Part shown: positions 51,195 through 61,953 of the stretch, piece after piece
Numbering within the stretch: the stretch's first letter is position 1
How the letters are laid out: each line of letters starts with the position of its first letter
DNA from: Candidatus Krumholzibacteriia bacterium
GTDB lineage: Bacteria; Krumholzibacteriota; Krumholzibacteriia; LZORAL124-64-63
Length of the DNA stretch: 64,000 nt
Assembly: GCA_041390065.1 (NCBI GenBank)
Contig: JAWKQQ010000006.1
Location: forward strand, 194 to 64,193
Reading direction: 5' to 3'
Notes under the pieces: model-generated
What the model was told of the DNA's origin: nothing
Seen by the model: only the letters and a program-made list of their open reading frames with translations
Databases searched by the model: none
Translations under genes and position numbers: made by a program

Positions 51195-51899
51195 TCAGCG
51201 CCAGCGCAGCATCCGGGTCTCGGGGTCCAGCTCCAGGGACACGGCCGCGGGCTGCTCGCTGTCGTGCTCCTTGAGGATCTGCACGCGGATGTGCTCACCG
51301 TTGGCCTGCAGGCCGATGATCACGTCGAGGTTCTCCTCGTGCCAGGCCACTTCCTGGGGCACGCCGCGATCGTCCAGCTCCTGGCCCTCGCGGTGCAGGT
51401 TGCTGCCCGTCCAGATCTCGGCGTCGAGCTCGCGGGCCAGCTCGCAGACGCCGCGGATCTCCCAGTCCTCGCTGTACTCGAACCGCGGGGTGCCGTCCAT
51501 GATCACCATGTCGGGCTTGAACCCGGCGTCGTCGCGCAGGAAGGCGACCGACTGGCGCAGCTTGTCCAGGGTGAAGGTCTCGCGGTTGTAGACCAGGATG
51601 TGCCGACCGCGCTCGACCTCCAGCTCGCGTTCCATCATGCGGTCGAGCCCCAGCTGGCCGGCCATGGCCGCCAGCAGCTGGTCGTAGTACGCCCGCACGT
51701 GCTCGACCGTCTCCTTGGTGGAGATGTGCAGCACGCGGCGGCCCTGCAGCAGATGGTCGAGGGCCAGGGTGATCAGGAAGCCGGTCTTGCCGACGCCCGT
51801 GCGCGCCAGGACGACGCCGAACTTCCCGCGGCCGAGGCCGCCGCCGAGGGCCCGCTCGAGCAGGCGCACGGGACTCTTCTCGAAGACGTTCTTGGTCAT
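51195..51899 (-). CDS. RecA-superfamily (KaiC/DnaB-like) P-loop ATPase, function unknown
   Basis: Walker A VVLARTGVGKTGF and Walker B-like PDMVIMDG. 234 aa. No further family assignment possible by eye. Confidence 0.55.
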   Translation of the reverse strand: MTKNVFEKSPVRLLERALGGGLGRGKFGVVLARTGVGKTGFLITLALDHLLQGRRVLHISTKETVEHVRAYYDQLLAAMAGQLGLDRMMERELEVERGRHILVYNRETFTLDKLRQSVAFLRDDAGFKPDMVIMDGTPRFEYSEDWEIRGVCELARELDAEIWTGSNLHREGQELDDRGVPQEVAWHEENLDVIIGLQANGEHIRVQILKEHDSEQPAAVSLELDPETRMLRWR

Positions 51900-51908
51900 G
51901 CCCCTACC

Positions 51909-53996
<2,088 letters not shown>

Positions 53997-54180
53997 GGTC
54001 GTGTTCCCTTGTGGGCTCGCCCGGGGCGAGCGCGTTCCGCCGCGGCCCGGGCTGACATGACAAACGAGGTTGGCCGATGCCAACCTCGGTGCCGGGACGC
54101 GAAAACCGGCGGGAAGGTAAGCGCAGGACGCCCCCGTGGCAAGCTCCCGGAGTGATTCTGGTCGATTTTTTACCGTCGGA

Positions 54181-55341
54181 TCAAGGAGCCGAGGTGCGCC
54201 GCGTGAAATGGGGCGAGGTGCCGAGCTCGCGGTAGCCGACCGTCTCGCCGATGGCCGCCACCGAGCGTTCCAGGGCCCGGGTGCTCGCCTCGGACCCCTC
54301 GTCGAGCCCCGGCTTGCCGTCGTAGAGCTGATAGCCCCGCCGGAACCGCGTGTGGGTGAGGTTGGGCATGAGGATGTTGGCGCCGGCCAGGAGGCCCCGC
54401 TCGCGGCCGTCGGGCCCGAGGGCCTGCAGGGCGGTGGTCGAGGCGATGTTGACGTCGCGCAGGGCCAGCCGGGTGCAGGCGATCATCGTCAGGCCAAGCT
54501 CCAGCTGCCGCTCCCTGACGGCCGCGAAGGGCCCCAGGCTGTCGGCCATGGGCGTGTCCTGGTGCGGGATGAACGGCCCCATGCCCACCATGTCGATGTC
54601 CTGGTCGCGCATGAAGATGATGTCTCGCGCCAGGTCCGCGGCGGTCTGTCCGGGCAGGCCGATCATCACGCCGGTGCCCACCTGGTAGCCGCAGGCCCGT
54701 AGGCTGGCCAGGCAATCCAGACGCTCGTCGAAGCTCTGATCGTCGGCGTGGATGGCCGCGAACAGCTCGCGGTTGGTGGTCTCGATGCGCAGCAGGTAGC
54801 GCTGGGCCCCGGCCGCATGCCAGCGCCGGTAGGTCGCCTCGGTCTGCTCCCCCAGGGACAGGGTGACGCCGATCCCGCCGGCCCCGAACCCCTGCATGGC
54901 GCGGACGATCTCCTCGATGTAGGCCACGAACCGCGGGTCCGTGCGTTCGCCACCCTGCAGCACGGCCGATCCGAACCCCTGATCCCACCCCCAGCGGGCG
55001 GCCGCCAGCACCTCGTCGGCGTCGATCAGGTACCGCTCGACCTCGTCGTTGCTCCGGCGGATGCCGCAGTACAGGCAGTCGCGGCTACAGACGTTGGTGA
55101 CCTCGACGAGCCCCCGGAGGTAGACCACCCGGCCCACCTCGCGCACCTTCACCGCATAGGCCGCCTCGTACAGGCGCTGCAGGTCCCCCGGCTCCTCCAG
55201 CGACAGCAACGTCACCAGATCCGCCTCCTCCAGCCGTTCCCTCGTCAGGATCCGTTCCAGCGCATCCACCCTGCTCACCTCCGGTTGGTTCCCCCAAACC
55301 TCGCCGCCGGCACGCCCTCCGGCATGGCGGGGATGAACCAT
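54181..55341 (-). CDS. Radical SAM enzyme of the HydE/BioB-like subgroup
   Basis: [14 protein letters not shown] cluster motif, [42 protein letters not shown] and [10 protein letters not shown]. Start taken at MVHPR (GAGGA 5 nt upstream), because the longer ORF enters the 30-bp inverted repeat. Confidence 0.65.
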   Translation of the reverse strand: MVHPRHAGGRAGGEVWGNQPEVSRVDALERILTRERLEEADLVTLLSLEEPGDLQRLYEAAYAVKVREVGRVVYLRGLVEVTNVCSRDCLYCGIRRSNDEVERYLIDADEVLAAARWGWDQGFGSAVLQGGERTDPRFVAYIEEIVRAMQGFGAGGIGVTLSLGEQTEATYRRWHAAGAQRYLLRIETTNRELFAAIHADDQSFDERLDCLASLRACGYQVGTGVMIGLPGQTAADLARDIIFMRDQDIDMVGMGPFIPHQDTPMADSLGPFAAVRERQLELGLTMIACTRLALRDVNIASTTALQALGPDGRERGLLAGANILMPNLTHTRFRRGYQLYDGKPGLDEGSEASTRALERSVAAIGETVGYRELGTSPHFTRRTSAP

Positions 55342-55357
55342 TCGGTCCTCTGGCGGA

Positions 55358-55476
55358 GGGGAAGGGAGGGGCATTCACCCACCCCTCAAGCGACTCCACA
55401 GCAGAACGGCGGCCCGTCCAGGGTCGCCGTTCGCGAGGACCCAGCGGAGGGGTGGGTGAATGCCCCTCCCTTCCCC
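55358..55476. repeat. Perfect 30-bp inverted repeat with a 59-nt spacer containing a nested hairpin
   Basis: Left arm 55358-55387, GGGGAAGGGAGGGGCATTCACCCACCCCTC, is the exact reverse complement of right arm 55447-55476. The spacer contains GAACGGCG...CGCCGTTC. Lies between the kbl stop and the radical SAM gene start. Confidence 0.85.
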
Positions 55477-55481
55477 GGCCC

Positions 55482-56678
55482 CTAGATCACCGAATGCTTC
55501 TTCCCCACCTTCCGGAACGCGTCCAGCAGACGGTCGAGGTGGGCGTCGGTATGGGCGGCGGACGCCTGCAACCGGATCCGCGCCTGCCCCCGCGGCACCA
55601 CCGGAAAGCTGAAGCCGATGCAGTAGATGCCCTCGGCCAGCAGATCGCGGCTGATGGCCTGGGCCAGGACGGCGTCGTTGTCGAAGCGTCGGAAATGGAC
55701 GGGCACGATGGGGTGGTCGCCGGGGTCGATGTCAAAGCCCATGGCCCGCAGCTCGTTGCGCAGGCGTTTCTGGTTGCGGTCCAGGCGCTCGAGGGGGCCG
55801 CGGTCCTCGCGGCAGATGCGCAGCACCTCGAGGCTGGCCCCGCAGACCACCGGCGGCAGGGAGTTGCTGAAGAGGTAGGGGCGCGACTTCTGCCGCAGCC
55901 AGTCGATGAGCTCGCGCGGGCCGCAGGTGGCGCCGCCGAGGGCGCCGCCGAGGGCCTTGCCCAGGGTGGTGGTGATGAGGTCGACGCGGTCCATGACACC
56001 CAGCTTCTCGTGGGTGCCCCGGCCGTTGGGGCCGGTGAAGCCGGTGGCATGGCTCTCGTCCACCAGCACGAGGGCCTGGTGGCGGTCGGCCAGGTCGCAG
56101 ATCTCCGGCAGGCGGGCGATGTCGCCGTCCATGGAGAAGACGCCGTCGGTGACCACGAGGCGGAAGCGAGCGTCCTGCGCCTCCTGCAGGCGGCGCTCCA
56201 GCGAGTCCATGTCCGCGTGGCGGTAGATGTGGCGCTGGGCCTTGCACAGGCGCACGCCGTCGATGATGGACGCGTGGTTGAGCTGGTCGGTGATGATGGC
56301 CGAATCCTCGCCCAGCAGCGGCTCGAACACGCCGCCGTTGGCGTCGAAACAGGCGGCGTAGAGGATGGCGTCGTCGAGGCCCAGGAAGTCGGCCAGCTCG
56401 CGCTCGAGCTGCTTGTGCAGCTCGGTGGTGCCGCAGATGAAGCGGACCGAGCTGAGGCCGTAGCCCCACCGGTCGAGGGTGCGCTTGGCGGCCTCGACCA
56501 CGCGGGGATCGCTGGCGAGGCCGAGGTAGTTGTTGGCGCAGAAGTTCAGGACGGTGCGGCCGCCGACGGTGATCTCGGCGCCCTGGGGGCTCTCCAGGAT
56601 GCGCTCGTCCTTGTACAGGCCCTGCTCCTGCAGCGCCGCCAGCTCGCCGGCCAGCACGCTCTGCATGATCTGATCCAT
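55482..56678 (-). CDS. kbl: Glycine C-acetyltransferase (2-amino-3-ketobutyrate CoA ligase)
   Basis: 398 aa, colinear with Kbl as I remember it: NFCANNYLGLA, VRFICGT, CFDANGG, NHASIIDGVRLCKA, DGVFSMDG, TLGKALGGA (PLP Lys), RPYLFSNSLPP. Confidence 0.8.
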   Translation of the reverse strand: MDQIMQSVLAGELAALQEQGLYKDERILESPQGAEITVGGRTVLNFCANNYLGLASDPRVVEAAKRTLDRWGYGLSSVRFICGTTELHKQLERELADFLGLDDAILYAACFDANGGVFEPLLGEDSAIITDQLNHASIIDGVRLCKAQRHIYRHADMDSLERRLQEAQDARFRLVVTDGVFSMDGDIARLPEICDLADRHQALVLVDESHATGFTGPNGRGTHEKLGVMDRVDLITTTLGKALGGALGGATCGPRELIDWLRQKSRPYLFSNSLPPVVCGASLEVLRICREDRGPLERLDRNQKRLRNELRAMGFDIDPGDHPIVPVHFRRFDNDAVLAQAISRDLLAEGIYCIGFSFPVVPRGQARIRLQASAAHTDAHLDRLLDAFRKVGKKHSVI

Positions 56679-56796
56679 GTCGCCTCCGCAAGATCGGCGG
56701 CCGCCCTGGGGCGACCGCCGGTGCCGGATCGGGTGTTCCCGAAAGATGGTGTGTGGGAGGGCGGAGGGAAAGGCGCTACTTGGAAAGACCGACCGT

Positions 56797-57640
56797 CTGG
56801 ATTCCGTCTATCAGTCCAGGATGTTCCGCAACCGTAACCTGACGCCGATCACCATGCCCGACATCGACCAGGAGGCTGTCAGACACCTTATCCGGTCTCG
56901 ACTCTCGCTGCGCCGCCAGATCACCCCCAGAAAGTACCGCATCTTGGGGATTCTGCGCACCACAGACTACCGGTTCGCCAGCCGCAAGACATACTGGACC
57001 AAGACCCGTCGGACTTGGCTCGCCAGACTGCGCCGCGAGATGACCGGACCGATGCCCATCGTGCCGGCCAGTAAGCTGGAGATGCGCGATTATCTTGATA
57101 CTAGCCAGCGGTCCATGGATGCTCGCACCGCGGACGTTGCCCAGCGACATCCCTGGCGAACGCCGGTCGAGGCATCGTGCTGCTTCCGGGGCATCAAGAC
57201 CGTGACGGCGACAACCACCCAGAGCGAGGTCGATGATATCGCGGGATTCCGGTCGCCCCGGCAGATCTTGGGTCACGCCGGGTTGGTCCCCAACGAGCGC
57301 CGTAGCGGAAGCAAGCAGCAGCGAGGACCGACTGCCAGAAAACTGGCAATTGAATCCTGTGCCGCGCACCCATCAAGAACGCGTGGTACGGCAGCAAACC
57401 CGCCTGCTCCACGCTTATCCTCGCAAGACGCCGCATGGGGTAGGACCCTGCTATCGTCGGCATCGTATTCAAGATTAAGCATCACCTACGTTGCCGGAAT
57501 CTCCGCCTGGCCAGGACCATGTATACCGACAATGCAGTCACCGAAGTTGCCAGAGAACTCGTTGGTATCGTCTGGCCCATGCCGTGGAAGGTCGACCGCC
57601 ACTCACTTGGTCAACAGAGTGCGAAGGAAAAAGACGGCCA
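56797..57640 (+). pseudogene. IS110-family transposase remnant (5'-truncated, frameshifted)
   Basis: The middle and C-terminal regions are recognisable across frames: PDIDQEAVRHLIRSRLSL..., GIKTVTATTTQSEVDDIAGFRSPRQILGHAGLVPNERRSGSK (Transposase_20-type helix-hairpin-helix region), then DNAVTEVARELVGIVWPM in another frame. No DEDD N-terminal domain; kbl ends at 56678. Confidence 0.6.
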
Positions 57641-57869
57641 GGAGAAAATCCGTGTCTCATGTTCGCGACGGGCCTCGGCTCGATTCGCGTTATCTGAGGG
57701 AGACAGCCCCAGACGGACGGCATCATGTGAGCAGACGAACGCGCGGATATCAGATTGACCCTCTGTCGACCGCGCTTCTTCCCTCCGATCATCGCATGCG
57801 AAATAGCCCCGACCGCAAGCGACCGGGGCCCAGGGATCGGTCTGCGCCTGCTCGTCTAGCCGCTCCATG

Positions 57870-60347
57870 TCACTTGGCGAGCGCAACCTTACCGACGGCA
57901 ACTCCTTGTGGCGTCGTTATCCGGTAGAAGTATACCCCTGACGCCACACGTCGACCACTGTCGTCCGTGCCGTTCCAGACCACTGCATTTGGGCCGGCCT
58001 CTAGCCGCGTATCCCGAACGAGCTGCCGGACCAGGCGACCCCGTGCGTCAAATACCGCAACCCACGTCAGGCCGGCCTCCGCCATCTGGAACCTGATCTC
58101 GGTTCTGGGATTAAAGGGATTCGGGCGAGCCGATGCCACCAGGGCTCTGACCGCCGAGGGCGGTTCGACCGACACCGGGATCGGTTGCTCCCGATAGCCC
58201 CAGATGAGCGCCTCGTCGAACCGGCAACTTGTGACCTCGCCCCACGTGGCGAGTCCGAACTTGGTGAATCCGCGATCTGCAGCCGGTCCCTGCAGGGCGA
58301 AGGTCGCTAGTGTGATCCCGTCTACCATGACGTCGAAGTCCGTCTCGCGCACCGCAAGCTCCAGCCGGTACCACTGCGTGCTCGTGTTGGCGAAAATAAC
58401 CGAGTGGTAGGACTCCCCATCGTGGACCCAGATGTCCTGGTACGAGCCACTGCGCAGATCGGCGTGGATGAAACCGTCGGCGTTCTTGAGGGTAATGTAG
58501 ACGTCGGTTCCGGCGGCCCGGTAAACGTCGACGGCCGCACGCACGATGTCGGCCTCACCGGCGGCGAAAAGGATCTCGCCTTGCGAGTTGCCTTCCAGAT
58601 ACCCGTCGTGCTCCGACCACATCCCGCTCTCCGGATTCCAGGGCGAGAGTTGGTTATCCTGGAAGTTGTCGACATGCAAGACGTTGTCGTGCCTCGTACC
58701 CATGGCGAAGGCATTGTCGAAGCGATTCTCGGCGTAATCACCCCACAGACCTAGCCCGAACTCTTTAAAACTGCTGGTTGCCGCTTCGCCACGTCGCGGG
58801 AAGGTCGCGAGGATCACGTCGTCGACGACCACGTCGTAGGCCGCGTCATGGACGGCGAGCGCCAACCGGTACCAGTGTTGATTCTCGTTGGCGAACGGGA
58901 TCGAATGGTAGTCGAGTCCATCGAAGGTCCAGATATCCTGGTAGCTGCCGCCGCGTAGGTTGGCATGGATGAACGTATGGTCGTTCCGCAGGATGACATA
59001 GACATCGGTTCCGCTCTCGCGATAGACGCTCGCACCGGCCCTGGTAATGGTCCAGCCCAGCGACGAGGTGAGCAACTCGCCGCGATCGAGACCTTCCAGG
59101 TATCCATCGTGTTCCGACCAGATGCCGCCGTCCTGCTGCCAGCGTGTCAGTTGGCCGTCCTCGAACTGGTCGGCGGCAAGAGTAAGGCCGGTGCTGAAGC
59201 CATCCACGGTCGCGTTGTCGAACGTGTTCTCCGCGTAGTTCCCCCACAGGCCGAGTCCGAACTGATCAAAGCCGTGCCTGGCCGCATCGCCGCCGAGCGG
59301 AAAGGTCTCCAGCACCGCTCCGTCCACGATCACGTCAAAATCGACGTCGTGAACGGCAAGCTCTAGTCGGTACCAGGTCTGATTCGCGTTGGGGAATGGG
59401 ATCGAATGGTCCCCCTCGCCATCGTGCACCCAGATATCCTGGTAGCTGCCGCCGCGGAGATTGGCGTGGATAAGAGTCGTGGCGTTTCTCAAGATGATGT
59501 ACACGTCCGTGCCGCTCGTGCGATAGACGTCGGCCGCGGCCCCCGTTATCTCCCAGCCGAGGTTGCCCGTGATCAGTTCGCCCAAGCCTTCGCCGTCGAG
59601 CCGCCCACCATGTTCCGACCACGCTCCGCGGTCGACGTTCCAGCCGACGATCTCGGCATCACCGAAGTCGTCGTGGAACAAGGTGGAAGGCGTTCCCAGC
59701 CCCGCGATGGCCACGTTGTCGAAAGAATCGTCGATCGTCCCGTCGTCGGCACCCCACAACCCGAGCCCACACCTGAAGAAGCCACCTTCGGCGGCGCCTC
59801 CACGGAGCGTGAACGTGGCCAGGACGGTACCGTCGGCAATCACGTCGAAGGAATTTTCGTGGACGACGAGTTCCAGCCGATACCACTGCTGGTCGAGGTT
59901 GGCGAACGGTACGGAATGACTATCCACGCCGTCCGAGACCCAGATGTCCTGATACGATCCGCCACGGAGATTGGCGTGGATGTAGGAGGTTGCGTTCTTG
60001 AGGATGAGGTAGACGTCGGTTCCGACAGACCGGTAGACGTCGGCCGACACGCGGGTGACGTCCCAGTCGGGATCTCCGATGATCGCCTCGCCCCGCTCGG
60101 TACCCCGCAGGACTCCGTCGTGCTCGGACCACGTGCCGCCGGTAGTCTCCCAACGTTCGAAGATGTTGTCGGAAAAATCATCGGTGTAGAGAGTCGACTG
60201 AGCCCAGGCACCGGCGCCCAACACCAGGGATAGGACCAGGACGAAACCGCGCAGCCACGTCGCCCCGTTCCGACAGGAGCGCGACCGGGAATCGGCCAGG
60301 GACGCTTGTGCCTTCGCGGCGGCAGAGATAGCAGTTCTGGTGGGCAT
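57870..60347 (-). CDS. Secreted protein with four ~160-aa lectin/glucanase-like (LamG/DUF1080-like) repeats and a FlgD-Ig/T9SS-type C-terminal domain
   Basis: Start taken at MPTRTAIS (comp 60345-60347); signal LVLSLVLGAGAWAQ. Four repeats each carry W.EH.G.L.G, GTDVY[ILV].L[KR]N, IHA[ND]LR[GS]GSYQDIW, WYRL.LAV and GLG.WG. C-terminus PNPFNPRTEIRF...GVYFYRITT...VALAK. Confidence 0.75.
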   Translation of the reverse strand: MPTRTAISAAAKAQASLADSRSRSCRNGATWLRGFVLVLSLVLGAGAWAQSTLYTDDFSDNIFERWETTGGTWSEHDGVLRGTERGEAIIGDPDWDVTRVSADVYRSVGTDVYLILKNATSYIHANLRGGSYQDIWVSDGVDSHSVPFANLDQQWYRLELVVHENSFDVIADGTVLATFTLRGGAAEGGFFRCGLGLWGADDGTIDDSFDNVAIAGLGTPSTLFHDDFGDAEIVGWNVDRGAWSEHGGRLDGEGLGELITGNLGWEITGAAADVYRTSGTDVYIILRNATTLIHANLRGGSYQDIWVHDGEGDHSIPFPNANQTWYRLELAVHDVDFDVIVDGAVLETFPLGGDAARHGFDQFGLGLWGNYAENTFDNATVDGFSTGLTLAADQFEDGQLTRWQQDGGIWSEHDGYLEGLDRGELLTSSLGWTITRAGASVYRESGTDVYVILRNDHTFIHANLRGGSYQDIWTFDGLDYHSIPFANENQHWYRLALAVHDAAYDVVVDDVILATFPRRGEAATSSFKEFGLGLWGDYAENRFDNAFAMGTRHDNVLHVDNFQDNQLSPWNPESGMWSEHDGYLEGNSQGEILFAAGEADIVRAAVDVYRAAGTDVYITLKNADGFIHADLRSGSYQDIWVHDGESYHSVIFANTSTQWYRLELAVRETDFDVMVDGITLATFALQGPAADRGFTKFGLATWGEVTSCRFDEALIWGYREQPIPVSVEPPSAVRALVASARPNPFNPRTEIRFQMAEAGLTWVAVFDARGRLVRQLVRDTRLEAGPNAVVWNGTDDSGRRVASGVYFYRITTPQGVAVGKVALAK

Positions 60348-60618
60348 TTCATCGCTTCCTCTCGCTGGATACCGCGCGCCGGATACATGGATTCGCACCC
60401 GGGATGGGCCAACAGTCCGGCGTCTCAGCCTAGAGTGCTCGGGGCTCATAACGCCAACAAGAGCAAGCAGTTGAATCGTCTGGAAATCTCTTGAAACGTT
60501 CCATGGCGACCATTTAGGATGGCCGCAGCTACGATCGATGCGTTTTCATCGCCGGTGACGCAACTGCAGATCGGTCAACCCGCGTTCGTGGCAGGCACGA
60601 AGGATAATTCGGCTGACT

Positions 60619-61953
60619 ATGTGTCCTCGTCCGCGCAATATCGATATCGATCCTGGCTTTGCTGGGCGCCTGATCGACCTTCGGGAGAAACGACGTCTTT
60701 CAAAGGCCGACCTCGCAGACCGTGCCGGCCTATCCTACCGGACCGTCCTCGACCTCGAGAGCGGGCAGCGCAGGCGAGCCCAGGAGCGAACTCTCATGCT
60801 CCTCGCGAAGGCTCTCGATGTCCCCTTCGACGCTGTGATTGGTCGAGATTCTCCGGCCGCTCTGAATGGAGGGACTTCGGAAGAGCCCGACCCAGGAGAT
60901 GAGCCGGTTTCCCTCAAGGATTCGGAGCAGCCGCTCACCCGGCGATGGCCATGGCTGATCGCGGCGGGATTTCTTGCCGTTGTTGTTGGGATGTCTCTAT
61001 GGCATTTCGGCAGTACCCACGCGGCATGGACCGTAGATCAAAGCGTCTTGACTATGCGGGATGGGCTATTCGGATTGAAGATTTGGTCGCTCGATTCCCG
61101 TCCAAACTTCTTGCGCTGCAGCGAGTCGCCGTGGTCTGACGAGATCCTGCTCGCGAGCACGAGCGCAACCACGACAGAAGGCGGCTGGTTCCGGGCGCTG
61201 GACAGAAAATCTGGTAGAGTCCTTTGGGAAGTGCGCCCCGACATCGACGCGGTCGCCAGGGCATTTGGGGAGGAGATCGCTCGCTCGGCCGGGTACTACT
61301 GTCTTGGCGGTACGCCGGTCGACTTCGATGGCGACGGGGATCCCGAGGTCGTCGTCCGGTTCTTCCATGGGATAGATTATCCAGTTTGCCTGTGCACAGT
61401 TGATCGAGACGGAAACCTGCTAGCCCAGTATACGCACAAAGGGCAGATTTATAGTATCCTGGCGTTCGATCTCGATGGCGATGGCAAGGAAGAAGCCATT
61501 GCCAGCGGCACTAACAATTCGAAAGCATATCAAGGCGCTACCGTTCTTCTCCTGGACGCGATCCACCGAAGTGGTGCTTCAGTCGATTCCCTAACGGATG
61601 CCTGGAGTCATGAGCCAGATGACGTCGTCGTCCGCATCGTCTTCCCGCATTTCCCGGAACCCTATCGGACTCTCCTAGGCGTCGAACGCCTCTGTGCAAG
61701 GAATCTCCAGATCTTCCACGGCCCCGACCACGACTTCCAACTTTCAGTAGACATCATGGCGGGAACGCAACCTGTCGTGATCGGCTGGCTGGACGCCAGG
61801 CTCCGCCCGCAGGGTTGCGAGATCCACGACGGGTTCCTCGAGACCATGCGAGCGTCCTGGCCCGACTCGCTGCGGGGAACGGGGCCGGCCGATTCTGCTT
61901 GGCGAGAACGCTGGCTGGCGTCCTGTTACCGGTTTGGCTCTAGTACGAACTGA
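60619..61953 (+). CDS. Membrane-tethered XRE-family HTH regulator with extracytoplasmic FG-GAP/beta-propeller-like domain
   Basis: HTH_3-like LIDLREKRRLSKADLADRAGLSYRTVLDLESGQRR...LLAKALDV. Single TM WPWLIAAGFLAVVVGMSLW. The C-terminal ~300 aa carry DFDGDGDPEVVV and FDLDGDGKEEAIASG calcium/FG-GAP-like motifs. Confidence 0.7.
   Translation: MCPRPRNIDIDPGFAGRLIDLREKRRLSKADLADRAGLSYRTVLDLESGQRRRAQERTLMLLAKALDVPFDAVIGRDSPAALNGGTSEEPDPGDEPVSLKDSEQPLTRRWPWLIAAGFLAVVVGMSLWHFGSTHAAWTVDQSVLTMRDGLFGLKIWSLDSRPNFLRCSESPWSDEILLASTSATTTEGGWFRALDRKSGRVLWEVRPDIDAVARAFGEEIARSAGYYCLGGTPVDFDGDGDPEVVVRFFHGIDYPVCLCTVDRDGNLLAQYTHKGQIYSILAFDLDGDGKEEAIASGTNNSKAYQGATVLLLDAIHRSGASVDSLTDAWSHEPDDVVVRIVFPHFPEPYRTLLGVERLCARNLQIFHGPDHDFQLSVDIMAGTQPVVIGWLDARLRPQGCEIHDGFLETMRASWPDSLRGTGPADSAWRERWLASCYRFGSSTN

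Noticed and set aside
54181-55341. The HydE-like radical SAM enzyme as PylB, with the TAG-only frame at 61940-62990 as pyrrolysine-containing genes.
   Set aside because: No pylS, pylC, pylD or tRNA-CUA is in the window. TAG functions as a normal stop for glmS (3289-3291) and the HDOD gene (3142-3144). The TAG-interrupted region also has frameshifts and lies in a decaying island.
56677-57927. A 416-aa plus-strand ORF as an intact gene.
   Set aside because: Only its middle matches IS110-type transposase sequence. The N-terminal part overlaps the kbl start region, the catalytic DEDD domain is absent, and the C-terminal homology continues in a different frame. It is therefore called a remnant.
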